This document shows positions 42,329 through 55,619 of a stretch of DNA of 64,000 bases, one piece after another. Source of the DNA: Chrysomallon squamiferum (lineage: Eukaryota > Animalia > Mollusca); the NCBI GenBank assembly GCA_012295275.1, contig CM022674.1, forward strand, positions 17,236,001 through 17,300,000. The letters run 5' to 3'. Numbering within the stretch: position 1 is the first letter of the stretch; each line of letters opens with the position of its first letter. The notes beneath the pieces are model-generated. The model was not told the DNA's origin. It saw nothing but the letters and a program-made list of their open reading frames with translations, and searched no databases. The translations under genes were made by a program, and so were the position numbers.

Positions 42329-43449
42329 TTTATGTGTGACATGTTTTTGATATTTTGCTTTCACTTTCAGCATTCTTTTAAGTTCTAAAATGACAATTAG
42401 TCTTTTCCGGTTTTAAACAGCTGTTTACCTTAATTAACAACTAATTAATGATTTTAATTACTAATTTAATTACACTTGATTACTTTGAAATGCAATTTCA
42501 TTTGCTTAGATAGACGGCATGAAAGTTAAACTACTTACAATGAAAAGTTCATCTCTAAATTCTTAATATTAAGGATATTGATATGGCCGGTTAAGACTTT
42601 ATGCCTTAATTACCAAGTAATTAATTAATTAATTAATTTAATTGCACTTGATTACTCTGAAATACAGTTTCACTTGCTTCTATGGACAACATACAAGTTA
42701 ACCTACTTGCACTGAACATTTCTTCTCAAAATTCCCACTGTTAAGGAAAATATATCAATTTTTCTTCAAAACGTCACAATTTCGGTCACGCAAATCCTAT
42801 TGTTTCAGCAGTAATTAAATGACGAAAATTAGGCCAATTTTCAAATTTGAACATTCTCTCATTTTTTTAATACTCCACCTATCTCCATGGTTTTAGTGTG
42901 ATTTTAAAGGGTTTGCAAAGCTCTATCATGTACTATTGTTTATTTTATGAGATGTGGAGTTTGACATTTTTGTCCACATATCTACTATGACTACGTGAGA
43001 GAAATCTCTGTTGCTGTTGAAATCCGATAAAAATTGAACTTTCGCGATATTCAAACTACATTCAAAAACGTTCGGGCTGGATAATCTTGTAAATTTTTCC
43101 GAAAGATGTCGGCAACTTTCGTTCTCGTTTATTATCGCGTTATTCATCTTCATTTGCGACGAGTGTTTTTTCCTGAAATATAATTGATATCTCGTGGATT
43201 AATTTATCTCGACAGAAACTAAACGTATGCAATTTATCAAACTAAATAAATAAATAATATCAATAAATTACCACTGACCTTCAACATGATCTTCATCCAT
43301 GATTGTTTGTGTTTTCAGAATAACACGACGAACGTCCTTTTCCGTTGAAATATTCCGCTAGTAATGCCGCTTGCGGGAAATGTTAGCCTTAACTATGGTT
43401 TGGAAACTACACGCTATTGGATAGTTAATCATCATGGCAATTAACCGAG

Positions 43450-44001
43450 TTTAATATTATTTATGTACTAAGAGCAGTTTTTTCTAGGCCACTGCTTTAG
43501 CTGAATACATTATCACTGTAACTAAGTGTCAGTCTATTTTCTAAGTCAGTCATGTTTCTTAAAGCTGATTTCAGGTTCAAGTCAGACAAATATTGGGTGT
43601 ATTATCAACAATATTGAATACAATTATAATTGTACTGTACTTCAAAAGTAAAACTGATATGAAATAAATATTCTAAATTTAGTTTTACTCCTCTCATATG
43701 TAAAATTATAAAATTAAGTAGGCCTAAGTAATAAAATAAACATTTGACGTCTAATCTACTGAAACATTTTAAGGTGGAATAAAGAAACGGGCACAGTAGT
43801 AGGGAGAAAATTAAATGTTATTATACTGAGTGTTAAAATTAAATTTAAAAAAATAATAATTTCAAGCAAAACTCCCACAAAAATTAACTGAAGAATAAAA
43901 GTAAATTAAATAAATAAATAATAAATAAATAAAAAATATTAAAAAAAATAAAAACAAGAAAGAAATAGAGACTGGTACTGCGCAAATGCCATCCCAGTCT
44001 A

Positions 44002-44072
<71 letters not shown>

Positions 44073-44778
44073 TAATAATAATAATAATAATAGTAATACT
44101 AATAATACTGTGTGCATGATAAAATATTTATCTAGTAAAGTTGTTAGGAAATGTTTTTCTAAACGTAATGTGAATTGTGAAAACAAATTAAACAACTAAA
44201 TAAAGAATGTTTGCCTGTCTTACTGTGTGTACAACATGCTGTGACATGGATAATGCTACTGTTACTTAAAATCGCAAATCATCCGACATTCGAGACACAA
44301 TTATGGATGATAAATACCATTAAATCATTTGCGACATCTTTACCCTATAAGTTTTCTGTAAGATGTAAGTAATATAAGAAGAATAAGCCAATATAATGTG
44401 TCCTCAAACAAAAGTCATATAATAGGAGGTTTGGTCCGCCATGACACTTGAGCGATACAAGGCCGAGATAACCGTGCTTCACGAGGTAAAGAATACAATG
44501 AACATGATTGCAGCATTTTGATAAAATTTCATACACAATCAGATGGAAAAGAACATTTGATTTTATACTGTGAAATAAATAAACAACCAGTAAAAACAAC
44601 AAAAAAACAACAACACTATAATGTAACTTTTCCTTACCAGCAGTGGTGACCCAAATTTGTATTCGTCGCCTCGCTCTGTGAATCACCAAGCAAGAAACTA
44701 CCTTGTTTAGCTTTCAGAGTACTCCGACATACATTGTTTATTAATTAATTAATTAATTAATTAATTTATTTATTTATT

Positions 44779-44819
<41 letters not shown>

Positions 44820-45603
44820 CTTGATGTTCTGTTAAATTTGTATACGTACATTCGAAATAAAAGACGTCACAAACACGCCATTCTCTCAAGTTTAATCTTG
44901 TTCATGTATTAAGAGCAGTGACTTCTAGGTCATTGGTTTAGCTGACTACATTATCACTGTAACTTGGCAAAAATATCTGTCAGTTTTCTAAGTGTTGTGA
45001 TTTTTCTGAAACCTGATTACAGATTAGATTCAGAAAGATATTCGGTGGATTATCAACAATGTTGAATCAAATTATAATAGTACTGTATTTCAAAAGTAAA
45101 ACTGATATGAAATAAATATTTTAAATTTACTTTTACTTCTCTCATGCGTAAGGGATTTCTAAATAAATTAAGTAGGCCTAAGAAAAAAAAGAAAAATTTG
45201 ACGTATAATCTACTGAAACACTTTGAGGTGGAAAAAACAAACGAATACAGTAGTAGGAACAAGGCTAAATTTGTTATTATATTGACTGTTAAAATTAAAT
45301 TAAAAAATACATTTTAAGCAAGACTCCCACAAATTATATCTGAAGAATAAATATTTCAAATTACTTTTACTTCTCTCATCTGTAAGATTTGTTATAATTA
45401 AATAAAGTAGGCTTATGTAATAAAATCTGTTATTATACTGACTGTTAAAATTAAATCAAAAACATATATTTTAGGCAAAAGTACCACAAAATTAACTGAA
45501 AAATAAAAGTAAAACAAATATATAAATAATAAATAAAAAAGAATAAAAAATATAACACTGAACGAAATAGCAACTGAATACGGACAAATGCCCTCCCAGT
45601 ATA

Positions 45604-45634
<31 letters not shown>

Positions 45635-46287
45635 GTCATAATAATACTAACAATAATGTGTGTATGATTAAGTATTTATCTAGTAAAGTTGTTAGGAAGC
45701 ATATTTTAAACGTAATGTGACCTGTGAAAACAAATCAAACAACTAAATAAACAATGTCTGCCTGTCTTGCTGTATGTAAAAATTGCTGTGACATGAATAA
45801 CGCTACTTCTACTTAAAATCGCAAATTATCCGTCATTTGAGACACAGTTATGGATGATAAATACCATCAAATCATTTGGGAAATCTTTATCTGTCATTCT
45901 TATGTAAGATGCAAGTAATTTAAGAAGAATAAGCCAATATAATCCATACTCAAACACAAGGCATATAACAGGAATTTTGGTCCGCCATGACACTTTAGCG
46001 ATAAAACGCCGAGATGACCGTGTTTCACGAGGTAAAGAATACAATTAGCATGTTTGCAGCCTCTTGATACAATTTCAAACAATAAAATAAAAATACGAAT
46101 TGATTGTATACTGTGAAATATATAACCAATAGAAACTACAAAAAACAATATAGTGTAAATTTTCCTTACCAGCAGAAGTGACACAATTTATTCGCCATCT
46201 CCTCGCTCTGTGAATCACCCAGCAATGAACTACTTTGTGTAGCTTTCAGAGTACTCCGGGCAGACACTGTTTATTTATTTATTTATT

Positions 46288-46353
<66 letters not shown>

Positions 46354-46860
46354 TATTTGATTTTCGGGTACAATTTTTTTAACTACATTCGGAATATAAT
46401 TCAAGTGCCTAACACGCCTACCTCTCAAGTTTAATCTTGTGTATGTACATTGTTCTGAAAACAGTTTTTTCTAGGTCACTGTTTTATCTGTATACTTTAT
46501 CACTGAGACTCGGTTAAAATGTCAGTCTATTTTGTAAGTGTGTCATATTTCTGAAAGCTGATTGCAGGTTTAAGTCAGAAACATAATGGGTGGATTAACG
46601 ATAATGTTCAATAAAATTATAAAACTACTGTACATGAAAAGTAAAACTGATATGAAATAAATATTTAAAATTTACTTTTTACTCTCTCATATGTAAGGGT
46701 TTTTCTAATTAAATTAAGTAGGCCTAAGTAAAAAAAAAACAAAAAAAACAACAAACAATTGACGTCTTATGACTGAAACACTTTAAAGTCGAATAAATAA
46801 ACGGGCACAGTAATAGGAAGAAAGGTGAATGTGTTATTATATTGACAGTTAAAATTATAT
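43450..46860. repeat. Macrosatellite units within the duplicated block
   Basis: Unit markers at ~44472 and ~46018. Confidence 0.9.
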
Positions 46861-48379
46861 AGAATATATATATGTATATATCTAAGAGACTCTTTCCTGC
46901 TAAATAATAAAGGAAAAAGAAAAGATGATTATTAGCAGGGGTTTTGCCTCCATATTTATTTTTATTTGATTATGTTTCGTAGCTCCATATCGCTGTTGTA
47001 ATTGCTATTCTTCCATTCTAACTAGTGCTCCACGGTTGATGTGTTAGAACTCGGTAAGTTTGTATGGTATCAGTGAAACCGTCTCTTATCCCAGTTACCC
47101 AGAATGCAATGTTCTTCCCAGTTATTACACAATTTACTCTTGTATAAAAATCCATTGAGAAGAATTTATGAATTGCGTTATGAAGAAATGAACATACTCT
47201 GTCATTACTATTTATATGTAGTTGACTTCACTAAGTTAAACTGTTAATAATGAGAGAGAGATCGTTTTCATTATAATACTTACTTAAGTTAAAACAAAGC
47301 AACTGATAGAGGTTTAACTGTTCATACTAGAATATTAATTAATTTCCCAGTTATTAATCCCAACACAAAAGCCTTCAACGATAATCCCACGATCATGTGA
47401 CATACACAAACAATCAAATAAAGTATTTTATTAATATGATTTACTGAAAATGAAAATAAAAACTTCTTGAGTGCATAACAATCATACATGAAAATTTGCT
47501 GTGACTGTTTTTCATAATAAAATATTTTAGAACGCCACTTACCAAAAATAAAATGTCAAAGTTTATAAAACATAGAAATACGTGTATGTTAATTAATATT
47601 AACACATATTTACTAGATTAAAAATATACATCTCAGATATACACGTAAAGAGAGTATGTAAACTGGTACAAAATTTATAAAATTTAAGATTTTTATTTGC
47701 GTATACAAGAAGATATTTTCGTGAATTATTAAATTATCTTAAGTGATTATTGCACTAATGTTACAGGGGCTTGCTTTATCAATAAGTATAGTGATTGTGT
47801 AACAGCTGTGGTATAACAGATATGAGACAAGTGTTTGTATATTTAGATATACACATCACATTCCAACAGTGGTCAATGACCGAGGTATGAAAGTTCAATG
47901 TGTGTGCGTGTGTGTTTGTGTGTTTGAGTTTGTGTGTGTGTTGTTGCCAGTGTCATTAAAATACATACATAAATAAAAACTGAAAAAGATATTAAATGTA
48001 CATTTAATCATTATTAATTTTCAAATGTCTTAACCTTTGGATCCTGGTCATTATTAAATTAAAAGCCAGGAAATCAACACTATAAAACACATATTCCACA
48101 AACTAATAACCACAACATGAGGAACTGTTATGAACGAAATTGGTTGGGTGTAAATTGAGACATAGAGCATACATAATTCATCTCCAAAGACTTAAATGTT
48201 TATTAACTATTCTGGTGTCAGATGTTGGCACAAGGTGTACTTGGCAGTCCCAGGTGTTGTGGTGAAAGTTACCTAGTTTACCTTTACTGTGTACAAAATC
48301 AGTGTGTTAGGTTGAGGTATATATATATATAACACACACACACACACACACACACACATGGTTATAAATATAGATATAC

Positions 48380-48414
<35 letters not shown>

Positions 48415-48879
48415 TTATTACAGTCTCTGACATCACTAACAATTATATACATACTGCACATTGCCCCATATAATTTGATGATGTTAACAAATATTTACAC
48501 ATACTGCACTTACAACAGTATTTTCCAGTTCTAAACAGCTGTGGTAGAAGGTAGAATATTTGAGGAATGTTGGGTAAAATGTTTGTGTTCCCTATTTATT
48601 TTTCACAACATTAACACATTTGAAGAAATGTTAATAATAACAATAAACCAAATATTCGTAAGTTTAATACATTATTTAACTCTTAAAAAAACTGTTCTTC
48701 AAATGATTTCTATTTTCTGCAGTCTAATGATGAATTTTTTCAAATCCTTTGGCTGATGTATTGATATATTGTATGTATTTTATTACTATGTACATGACTG
48801 TAAATCCTCCGAGGCTGAGTGCTATTTAAAGTTTATTATGAACTTATGGTAACCTGCAAAACAGTTTTTCTATCAGGAT

Positions 48880-49810
48880 TAATATTGGTGTTAGCATTCG
48901 ACTTAAGTTTAACGACTTCGTTAGCGTTAGGTTTAGAGTTAACGATGGAAGCTGGGTTAGGGTTAGTGATAGAGTTAGGGTTATTTAAATTTTATTATGA
49001 GTGTTATGATAATGTGCAATATAATCTGAGGTCACGGTTGGAACTAGCCTTACTGTAAGAATTAATTTTGGGGACATGAGTAGGATTAGGTTCAGAAGTT
49101 GAGATATGGTTAGAGTTAGGGTTAGAGTTAGGGTTAGGGTGAGTGTTAGGGATAGAGGCTGGGTTAGGGTTAGGATTACAGCTAGGATTATTTAAATTGT
49201 ATTATGAGTGTTATGATAATATGCAATATAATTTGAGGGACTTGTGTAGGTTTAGATATATATGTTGAGCTAGGGTTAGGTTTACGGTTACGGTTAGAGT
49301 TAGGGGTTTTACATTTCATTATGAGTGTTAAGATAGTACACAAAATAATTTGAGGGTCACGATTGGAAGTAGCGATAGGGTAATAATTAATGTTGGGGAA
49401 GGGTAGGGCTAGGTTTAGAAGTTGAGCTAATGTTTGAGTCAGGATTAAGGTTTGGGTTAGAGCTAGGGTTAGGGTGAGAGTTATTTTAATTTTATTATGA
49501 GTCTTAATAATCTGCAAAACAGTTTTTTTTCTGTCAGGTTTAGTACTAGGGTTAGCATTAGAATTAACTTTAATGACTTCGTTAGGGTTATGTTTAGAGT
49601 TAGGCATAGAGTCAGGGTTAGGGTTAGGGTTACGGTTAGGGTTATTTAAATTTCATTATGAGTGTTAATATAATGTGTAAAAAATGGGAGTAGCGTTAGG
49701 GTAAGATTTAATGTTGGGACTTGGGTAGGATTAGGTTTATAAGTTGAACTAGGGTCAAGATCAGAGTTACAATTAGGGCGAGTGTTATTTAAAGTTTATT
49801 ATGAGTCTGA
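48880..49810 (+). repeat. Degenerate TTAGGG-rich satellite, copy 2
   Basis: Runs such as GGGTTAGGGTTAGGGTTACGGTTAGGGTTA (~49615-49645) with recurring AT-rich spacers. Confidence 0.88.
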
Positions 49811-49819
49811 TCATAATCT

Positions 49820-50330
49820 GCCTGTGCTCGATACACTGTCCCAATAAATGTAGAAGTTAATTTCACTGAGAACTAATCACAAACATTTAATTGAAAATTA
49901 ATAATCCTTAAAGATAATTAGTATTAATAACCAAATATGAAATACTAATTATAATAATAAATTTCATTTGATTTAAACTGTAGAATAATTATTACATCAT
50001 AATTATTATCTATACGAAAATTTAAAACAGTAATTGTTATCAATATCATAATTTTAAATGGTATTAAAAATAACAAATTACATTTAATTTAAAATGCACA
50101 TAAATATAATAATTTTTACATCATAATTATTATAAACAGGAAAATGTAAAATAATAGTTATAATAACAAATCAGGAATAAGCTAAACACTTACAATGACT
50201 GATAAATCAGTCAGGATTTAATGCCTAACGTGAAATTATTGTGACCTGTGATCACAAAAAAAGCCTCAATTTCATCTAATTTTACAACAGGTCAGTTCTT
50301 TCACATTTAGTGTCAATAATGACCTCAAAG
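49820..50330. repeat. AT-rich dispersed repeat, second copy at ~57510-57865
   Basis: Shared TAGAAGTTAATTTCACTGA...AAATATGAAATACTAATTATAATAA...AGGAATAAGCT.AACACT.ACAATGACTG. Confidence 0.75.
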
Positions 50331-51031
50331 ATGAAAGTGAAAAGTCTTTCATCCATATGTAACAATTACTATAATAACATATTAATAATAAGCCAATATA
50401 ATTGATTTTTATGAATATGCAAGTGTCAAATATTACCAATAAGCATATTTATCATTATTAGTAAAATAATATATTGTGAATTCTAATAAAAACTCAAACA
50501 ATAACGTATTATAAATATGCAAATTAAAGTAATTATTATAATAATCCATTATATCATGTTTCTTTATGAATATTTATGAACATTAAAATAGAGAGATAAA
50601 TAAACATTTAAATGAAAAAATAAATAAATAAATTTAATTAAATATTTTGTTTTTATTAAAGAGATAATACTGAATATTTTCAAATCTAGAATCAACAATG
50701 GCAGAACTTTCAAATATTTTTCTTCACAAAATACATGTTATATCAGCAGCGAGGAATCATTTACAAACTGTTGTATACAGTATACAACACATACAACAGT
50801 ATTTATATAAATTCACACAAACAAGCACGAATGTGAAAAAGACATGGTTGCTGAAACCGGGATCGATCTTTTAATCTACAGGTATCAGGTGAAAGTTTCC
50901 GATATCAGTAATAGTTCAAATTTTTAAAAATATTAATTTATATTTATCTTTATCCAGAACAAGAATTAAAATTTAAAAAATTTAAAAAAATTAAAACCCA
51001 GCAGCTATTGCTTATGTAAATTTACATTTCC

Positions 51032-51390
51032 AACAGTTTTAGTTTAAAGCAGAAGATGGTCCAATTTTCATTACAGTTTTAGTTCAAAACAGAAGATGGT
51101 AGAATTTTCCTCACAGTTTTAGTTCAAAACTGAATATGGTTGAAGTTTCATTACAGTTTCAATTTAAAATAGAAGATGGTCGAATTTTCGTCAAAGCTTT
51201 AGTACAAAACTAAAGACGGTAGAATTTACATTAGTTTTAGTTCAAAACAGAAGATGGTCGAATTTTCATTACAGTTTTAATTTAAAATAGCAGATGATCG
51301 AATTTTCGCTACAGTTTTAGTTCAAAACTGAAGATGGTCGAATTTTCATTACAGTTTTAGTTTAAAACTGAAGAAGGTCGAATTTTTATT
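51032..51390 (-). repeat. 40-bp tandem repeat (9 copies) derived from the FReD gene's last codons and stop
   Basis: Period 40: AGAAGATGGT or variants at 51051, 51091, 51131, 51171, 51211, 51249, 51289, 51329 and 51369. The unit reads ATG AAA ATT CGA CCA TCT TCA GTT TTG AAC TAA on the minus strand. Confidence 0.92.
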
Positions 51391-51712
51391 ATTGTTTTCT
51401 TCAGCGAATAATAGTCGCCTCTCCATGGCCTCCATGTGATTCCTTCACCAAAGAGTTCATTGGTTCCGTTGAGGTACAAACCGTTCAGATTGGAAGCCTG
51501 ACACTTATTGTACCACCAGGCTCCCTTATATTTCACAGCACATGTACTTCCATTGTCCTTTGTAGAGAATCTCATTCCGTTGAGTATCCACCTTTCTCTA
51601 CTAGGGTTGATGAAAGTGTCACCTGAAAATAAAATTACTACTAAAATGATGCCACTGGTCATAAAAAAATAACTTTTAAAAATGGTTTAATTGTTTCTTT
51701 TTTGGTGAAATA

Positions 51713-51763
<51 letters not shown>

Positions 51764-53440
51764 TATACATATACATATATATAGGTAAATTTTAATTTGC
51801 ACAAACAAATGTACGAACACTTATACTGCTTTGTCTATTTAAATAAATATATCATTAGCTACATGCACACATATAAATATATTGTTTTCTCAGTGTGTTT
51901 TTTTTTTTTTTTTTTGTTTAGTTCATTTCTTATATTATTTATATTGACACTGTTTATTGTCTATTTCTAAATATATATACTATTTTACTTGTCTTAAACT
52001 ATAGTTTGTACCTATATGAATCTACTAATTATACGTTTGTCCAATTTTCTTATAACTTATAAAAAATCGAAGTTTATCTCTCGCTGCAAAAATGTATCAT
52101 TTTTACCGAGGAAAAAGAAAATGTTATTTTGCTTGTTATTGTTCTGATTGTTTAAAATGTGGTATATTTATTTAAAAAATGTATTGGAATTCTACTTATT
52201 TATTTATTTATTTATTTATCTTCTTTTGTGTTGCTTGATTTAATTTAGAAAATTCGAATCTTTTTCTTCTTCTTGACATTCGAATGATTATGATTGTTAT
52301 TGGGTTTTTTCCAATCACCTGCATATCCGCTGTATTTTTCCACTGACTAGCGATAAAAACCATCTCTTCCACTTACTGAGACATTTTTGTAGACGGCAAA
52401 GGTCGTGTTTCCTTCAAAATCTTCCAAGTCAATGCTTAGATCGTAAAAACCCTGTCTGGTCAAGCAATGTATGTTTTCGTTTCCTGGCAAGATAAATCAG
52501 ATCGATCAATCTACCTTTTGATCAATTAGAAACTATCGAGGTATTTATTTATTTATGTATTCGTTTATTTATATTGTATTCTATTGATTTTATTTAACGT
52601 AATTCAATTAAAGATTCTTTTCAGCTTCTTTTTACTCATATTCACTTGTGTGTGTGTATCTTTATTTATGTATTTTAATGATTTATTGTTCATTACCTAA
52701 CCAGAATTCGTTAGTTAATGAACCAAATCCGTCTCTGTATTCTTGCCTCGTTCTGTAGAAGTTTTCGGATAAGCATGTCCGTCTGTGAAATACCTGAACA
52801 TCAAAAGAAGAGAAAAAGAAACGAAAACATATTTGGAGACACAATAAAACATTCATGAATAAAGCGAATAACATTCGTGAATAAAAGATGAAAACAGAAA
52901 ACAGAGAGAGATGAAATAAATAATATATGAAATAAAAACGATAGAAGAATTAATAAAGGCATTGCTCAAACTTACAAGCCAACCGCTATCATTGTCAGAT
53001 ATTTCGCAGTACGCCCTGATTGGGCTGCCGTTGTCACGTGGTACAACTGTATAAACTCCGCTTGTTTTACCTCCATCCATAATTATCTCTACAAAATCAG
53101 AAAGAACAATTGCTGTATTAACAATAATATTAATTGTCTTTTCTCATTCATAGTGAATATCGTCTGTAACAATAACATTAATCTTCTCTAAACAGTCAGA
53201 GGGAACACTTTCTATAATAACAACATTAATTACATCCACACAGGTCAGAGGGACACTTTCTATAATAATTTCATTAGTTAGCCCTACACAGTCAGAGGAA
53301 CACTTTCTCTAATAATTACATTAGTTAGCTCTACGCAGTCAGAGGAACACTTTCTATAATAATTACATTAGTTAGCTCTACACAGTCAGAGGAACACCTT
53401 CTTTATAATAATGTTATACAACTGTTATTATTTGTATTAC

Positions 53441-53476
<36 letters not shown>

Positions 53477-54142
53477 CATCATTAGTAGTAGTAGTAATGA
53501 TAGTGATAATTTATTATGATAGTAATAATAATAATAATAATAATCATAATAATAATAATAATAATAAAAGTAATAAAAATAATAACAGCTATAATAGTCG
53601 TGATACTAAAAGTACCATTATAACATAATCAATAGTGAAACTTGTAGTAGATAATGTATGTAAAATCGGCATCGCCAATGTGGTATTAAAGGAATAACAA
53701 ATATATAAAAAAACAAAGCCTGATTGCAATGAATATACATAGTAATAGTAAATAAATAACGGAATACGTATATAAATAAACAAATCTAAAGAGAGAAAAT
53801 CACAAACGAATACGGATACATCATACCATGTGATTCTGTTTCTGCCTCGCTAACAAACGAAAGAGATGTCTAGTTTTCATTGTACAGAGAACACATGCCG
53901 TTGCCTTTGTTGTATACGAAACCTTAACAGCCGACATAGCTGGAACATTCTGTGAAACAGTGGAGTTTACTGGACACGTTCAATTCTTTTGAAGGATCTT
54001 CTGCAGGTTTTTTTTTTTTGTACTGTGGTAAGTTTCGAAAAGTCTTACGAGTACTAAGCACACAATTGGCAATAGAAACAATGGTTATCACAAATGCTAA
54101 AACGCAGAATCGTATTCCGAGCATCATTCTCAGTATCTGCAT
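51357..54142 (-). pseudogene. Signal peptide + PAN/apple + fibrinogen-related domain (FReD) lectin pseudogene; exons 54142-53827, 53088-52976, 52793-52697, 52483-52319, 51622-51357
   Basis: Phase-compatible GT-AG exons. PAN motif CFTECSSYVGC*GFVYNKGNGMCSLY. FReD motifs SGVYTV, AYCE...GWLVFHRR, GFGSLTNEFWLGNENIH, FSTKD, GAWWYNKC.ASNLNG, IKIRP. In-frame stops at 53926-53924, 53872-53870 and 52349-52347. Confidence 0.9.
53185..53410. repeat. ~47-bp intronic minisatellite (about 5 copies)
   Basis: CAGTCAGAGGAACACTTTCTATAATAATTACATTAGTTAGCTCTACA-like units at ~53193, 53241, 53289, 53336 and 53383. Confidence 0.85.
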
Positions 54143-55547
54143 TTTATCAATGCTGAATTTGGCTATCTTCTCTTCAGAACAAAATCAGTGTAATTATATA
54201 AAGAGATTTTAAATGTTATTTCACAGAGACAAATAAGCTGTTATTAATTTCTACTAAATTTTCGAAGGAATTTCACAAGATCTGTTTCTGTTTCAAACAG
54301 AATCAACAATTAACATCAAACAACAGCTGACAAATATTTTGTAAAAGTTTCCAGAGGTTTGAAAATCTTACGAAAAGTGCTGGTTATTTTCTTAAAGAAT
54401 TGTTCCTCGTACAACCACACGTGTTAAATTCAATCAATCAATCTCGTTCTGATTACAGAACCTTGTTGCTGTATCGGCTTCTATCTAATTATAAATCTAG
54501 AGTATTTCATTTTACTGTCGCTGGCAATCAAACTAACTAAATCCTCAATCACATTAACCGTATGACATAAACTTCTGTTTACTACTGAGAGCTGAAGTAT
54601 TTGATGCTACGGTGAATATGATTAATGTAATTAATAATGTAGTGGTTATGTGACTCTTTGTTTTGTTTTCCTTTTTTGTTATAGTTATCTTTGGATGGTG
54701 TTTCTTTTGCTTGCAAATGGATTTTATAGAAAAATATATCACTTGAACAAGAAACATTTCTTAATTTTCCAGGATTTCAGTAACCCTTTTGTCCGTCTAT
54801 CCACCAATGTATCATCGATCTACCTCCTGGAAGAATCAGAGCATATAGGATTTTCCACACTGACAGTTTTAAAGCCTCCGCCGCTTAATGAAATCCGCTT
54901 GTTAAATTTTACAGCTGTTATTGTGGATATAAAACAGCAGTAAACTCCAGCTGCAAACGTCGCGTCCGACTGAAACACAGTGGCCAGGAGCTGACACGTT
55001 GTTGCTGTTCCCAAACGTCTGTTAGTCTTAATAAATGTTCAGACACGATTTCATGATGGTGATTATTAGTATCTCATCTACAACAGTCTATTCCATCTCT
55101 AATATGTGATGTAATCTTCGATTCGTTAAAACGATGTCATTCAGACTTCACTTCAAGTGTTCGCCCAGCTGCCAAGATAATGGTGTGAATGACGAACGAT
55201 TTCTTTTGAGTTTTCATTCCGCTCTTCCAGATTGATCAAAATGGTGATCACTTAAATGTTTAAATAATAAATAAAGTAAAATAAAACGAATGTATATCAA
55301 TACGTAATGTTATATCTTTTTGGATGAACTAAAGGCTTCTAACAATTTCAAGAGTGAATCCGACAGGACCTTTCATAGTAAAAATGAATATGCATAACCT
55401 AAACACATATTATGACACAATCTTAATGTACAGTAATCACTCAACGAAACAAAAAAGTAATTAGGCTGCATTTTTGCTAAAGTATCAAGTATGGCCATTT
55501 TATTAAACGAAGAAATTATACATGTAGTTACAGATGACAATGATAAT

Positions 55548-55619
55548 ACCGGCCTTGTTGGCGCAGTGGTTAAGCCATAAGCTAACAGGCTGGTAGGTAC
55601 TGGTTTCGCTCCCCGGTAT
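55548..55619 (+). mobile_element. tRNA-derived SINE head (truncated)
   Basis: Pol III A box TGGCGCAGTGG (55559-55569) and degenerate B box GGTTTCGCTCC (55602-55612) with tRNA-like spacing; no clean cloverleaf. Confidence 0.65.

Larger units (their letters stand above)
39936..49560. repeat. ~9.5-kb direct duplicate of ~30350-39735 (transposase, macrosatellite, unique block, TTAGGG satellite)
   Basis: Same order of blocks; 37060-39735 aligns to 46860-49560 with many 1-3-nt indels. Confidence 0.9.

Noticed and set aside
48880-49810. True telomere
   Set aside because: Degenerate, interrupted and flanked by ordinary sequence on both sides.
51032-51390. CRISPR array
   Set aside because: Head-to-tail repeats without unique spacers, in a eukaryotic context with no cas genes.
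55548-55619. Functional tRNA gene
   Set aside because: A and B boxes are present but the B box is degenerate and the stems do not pair into a cloverleaf. Fits a SINE head.
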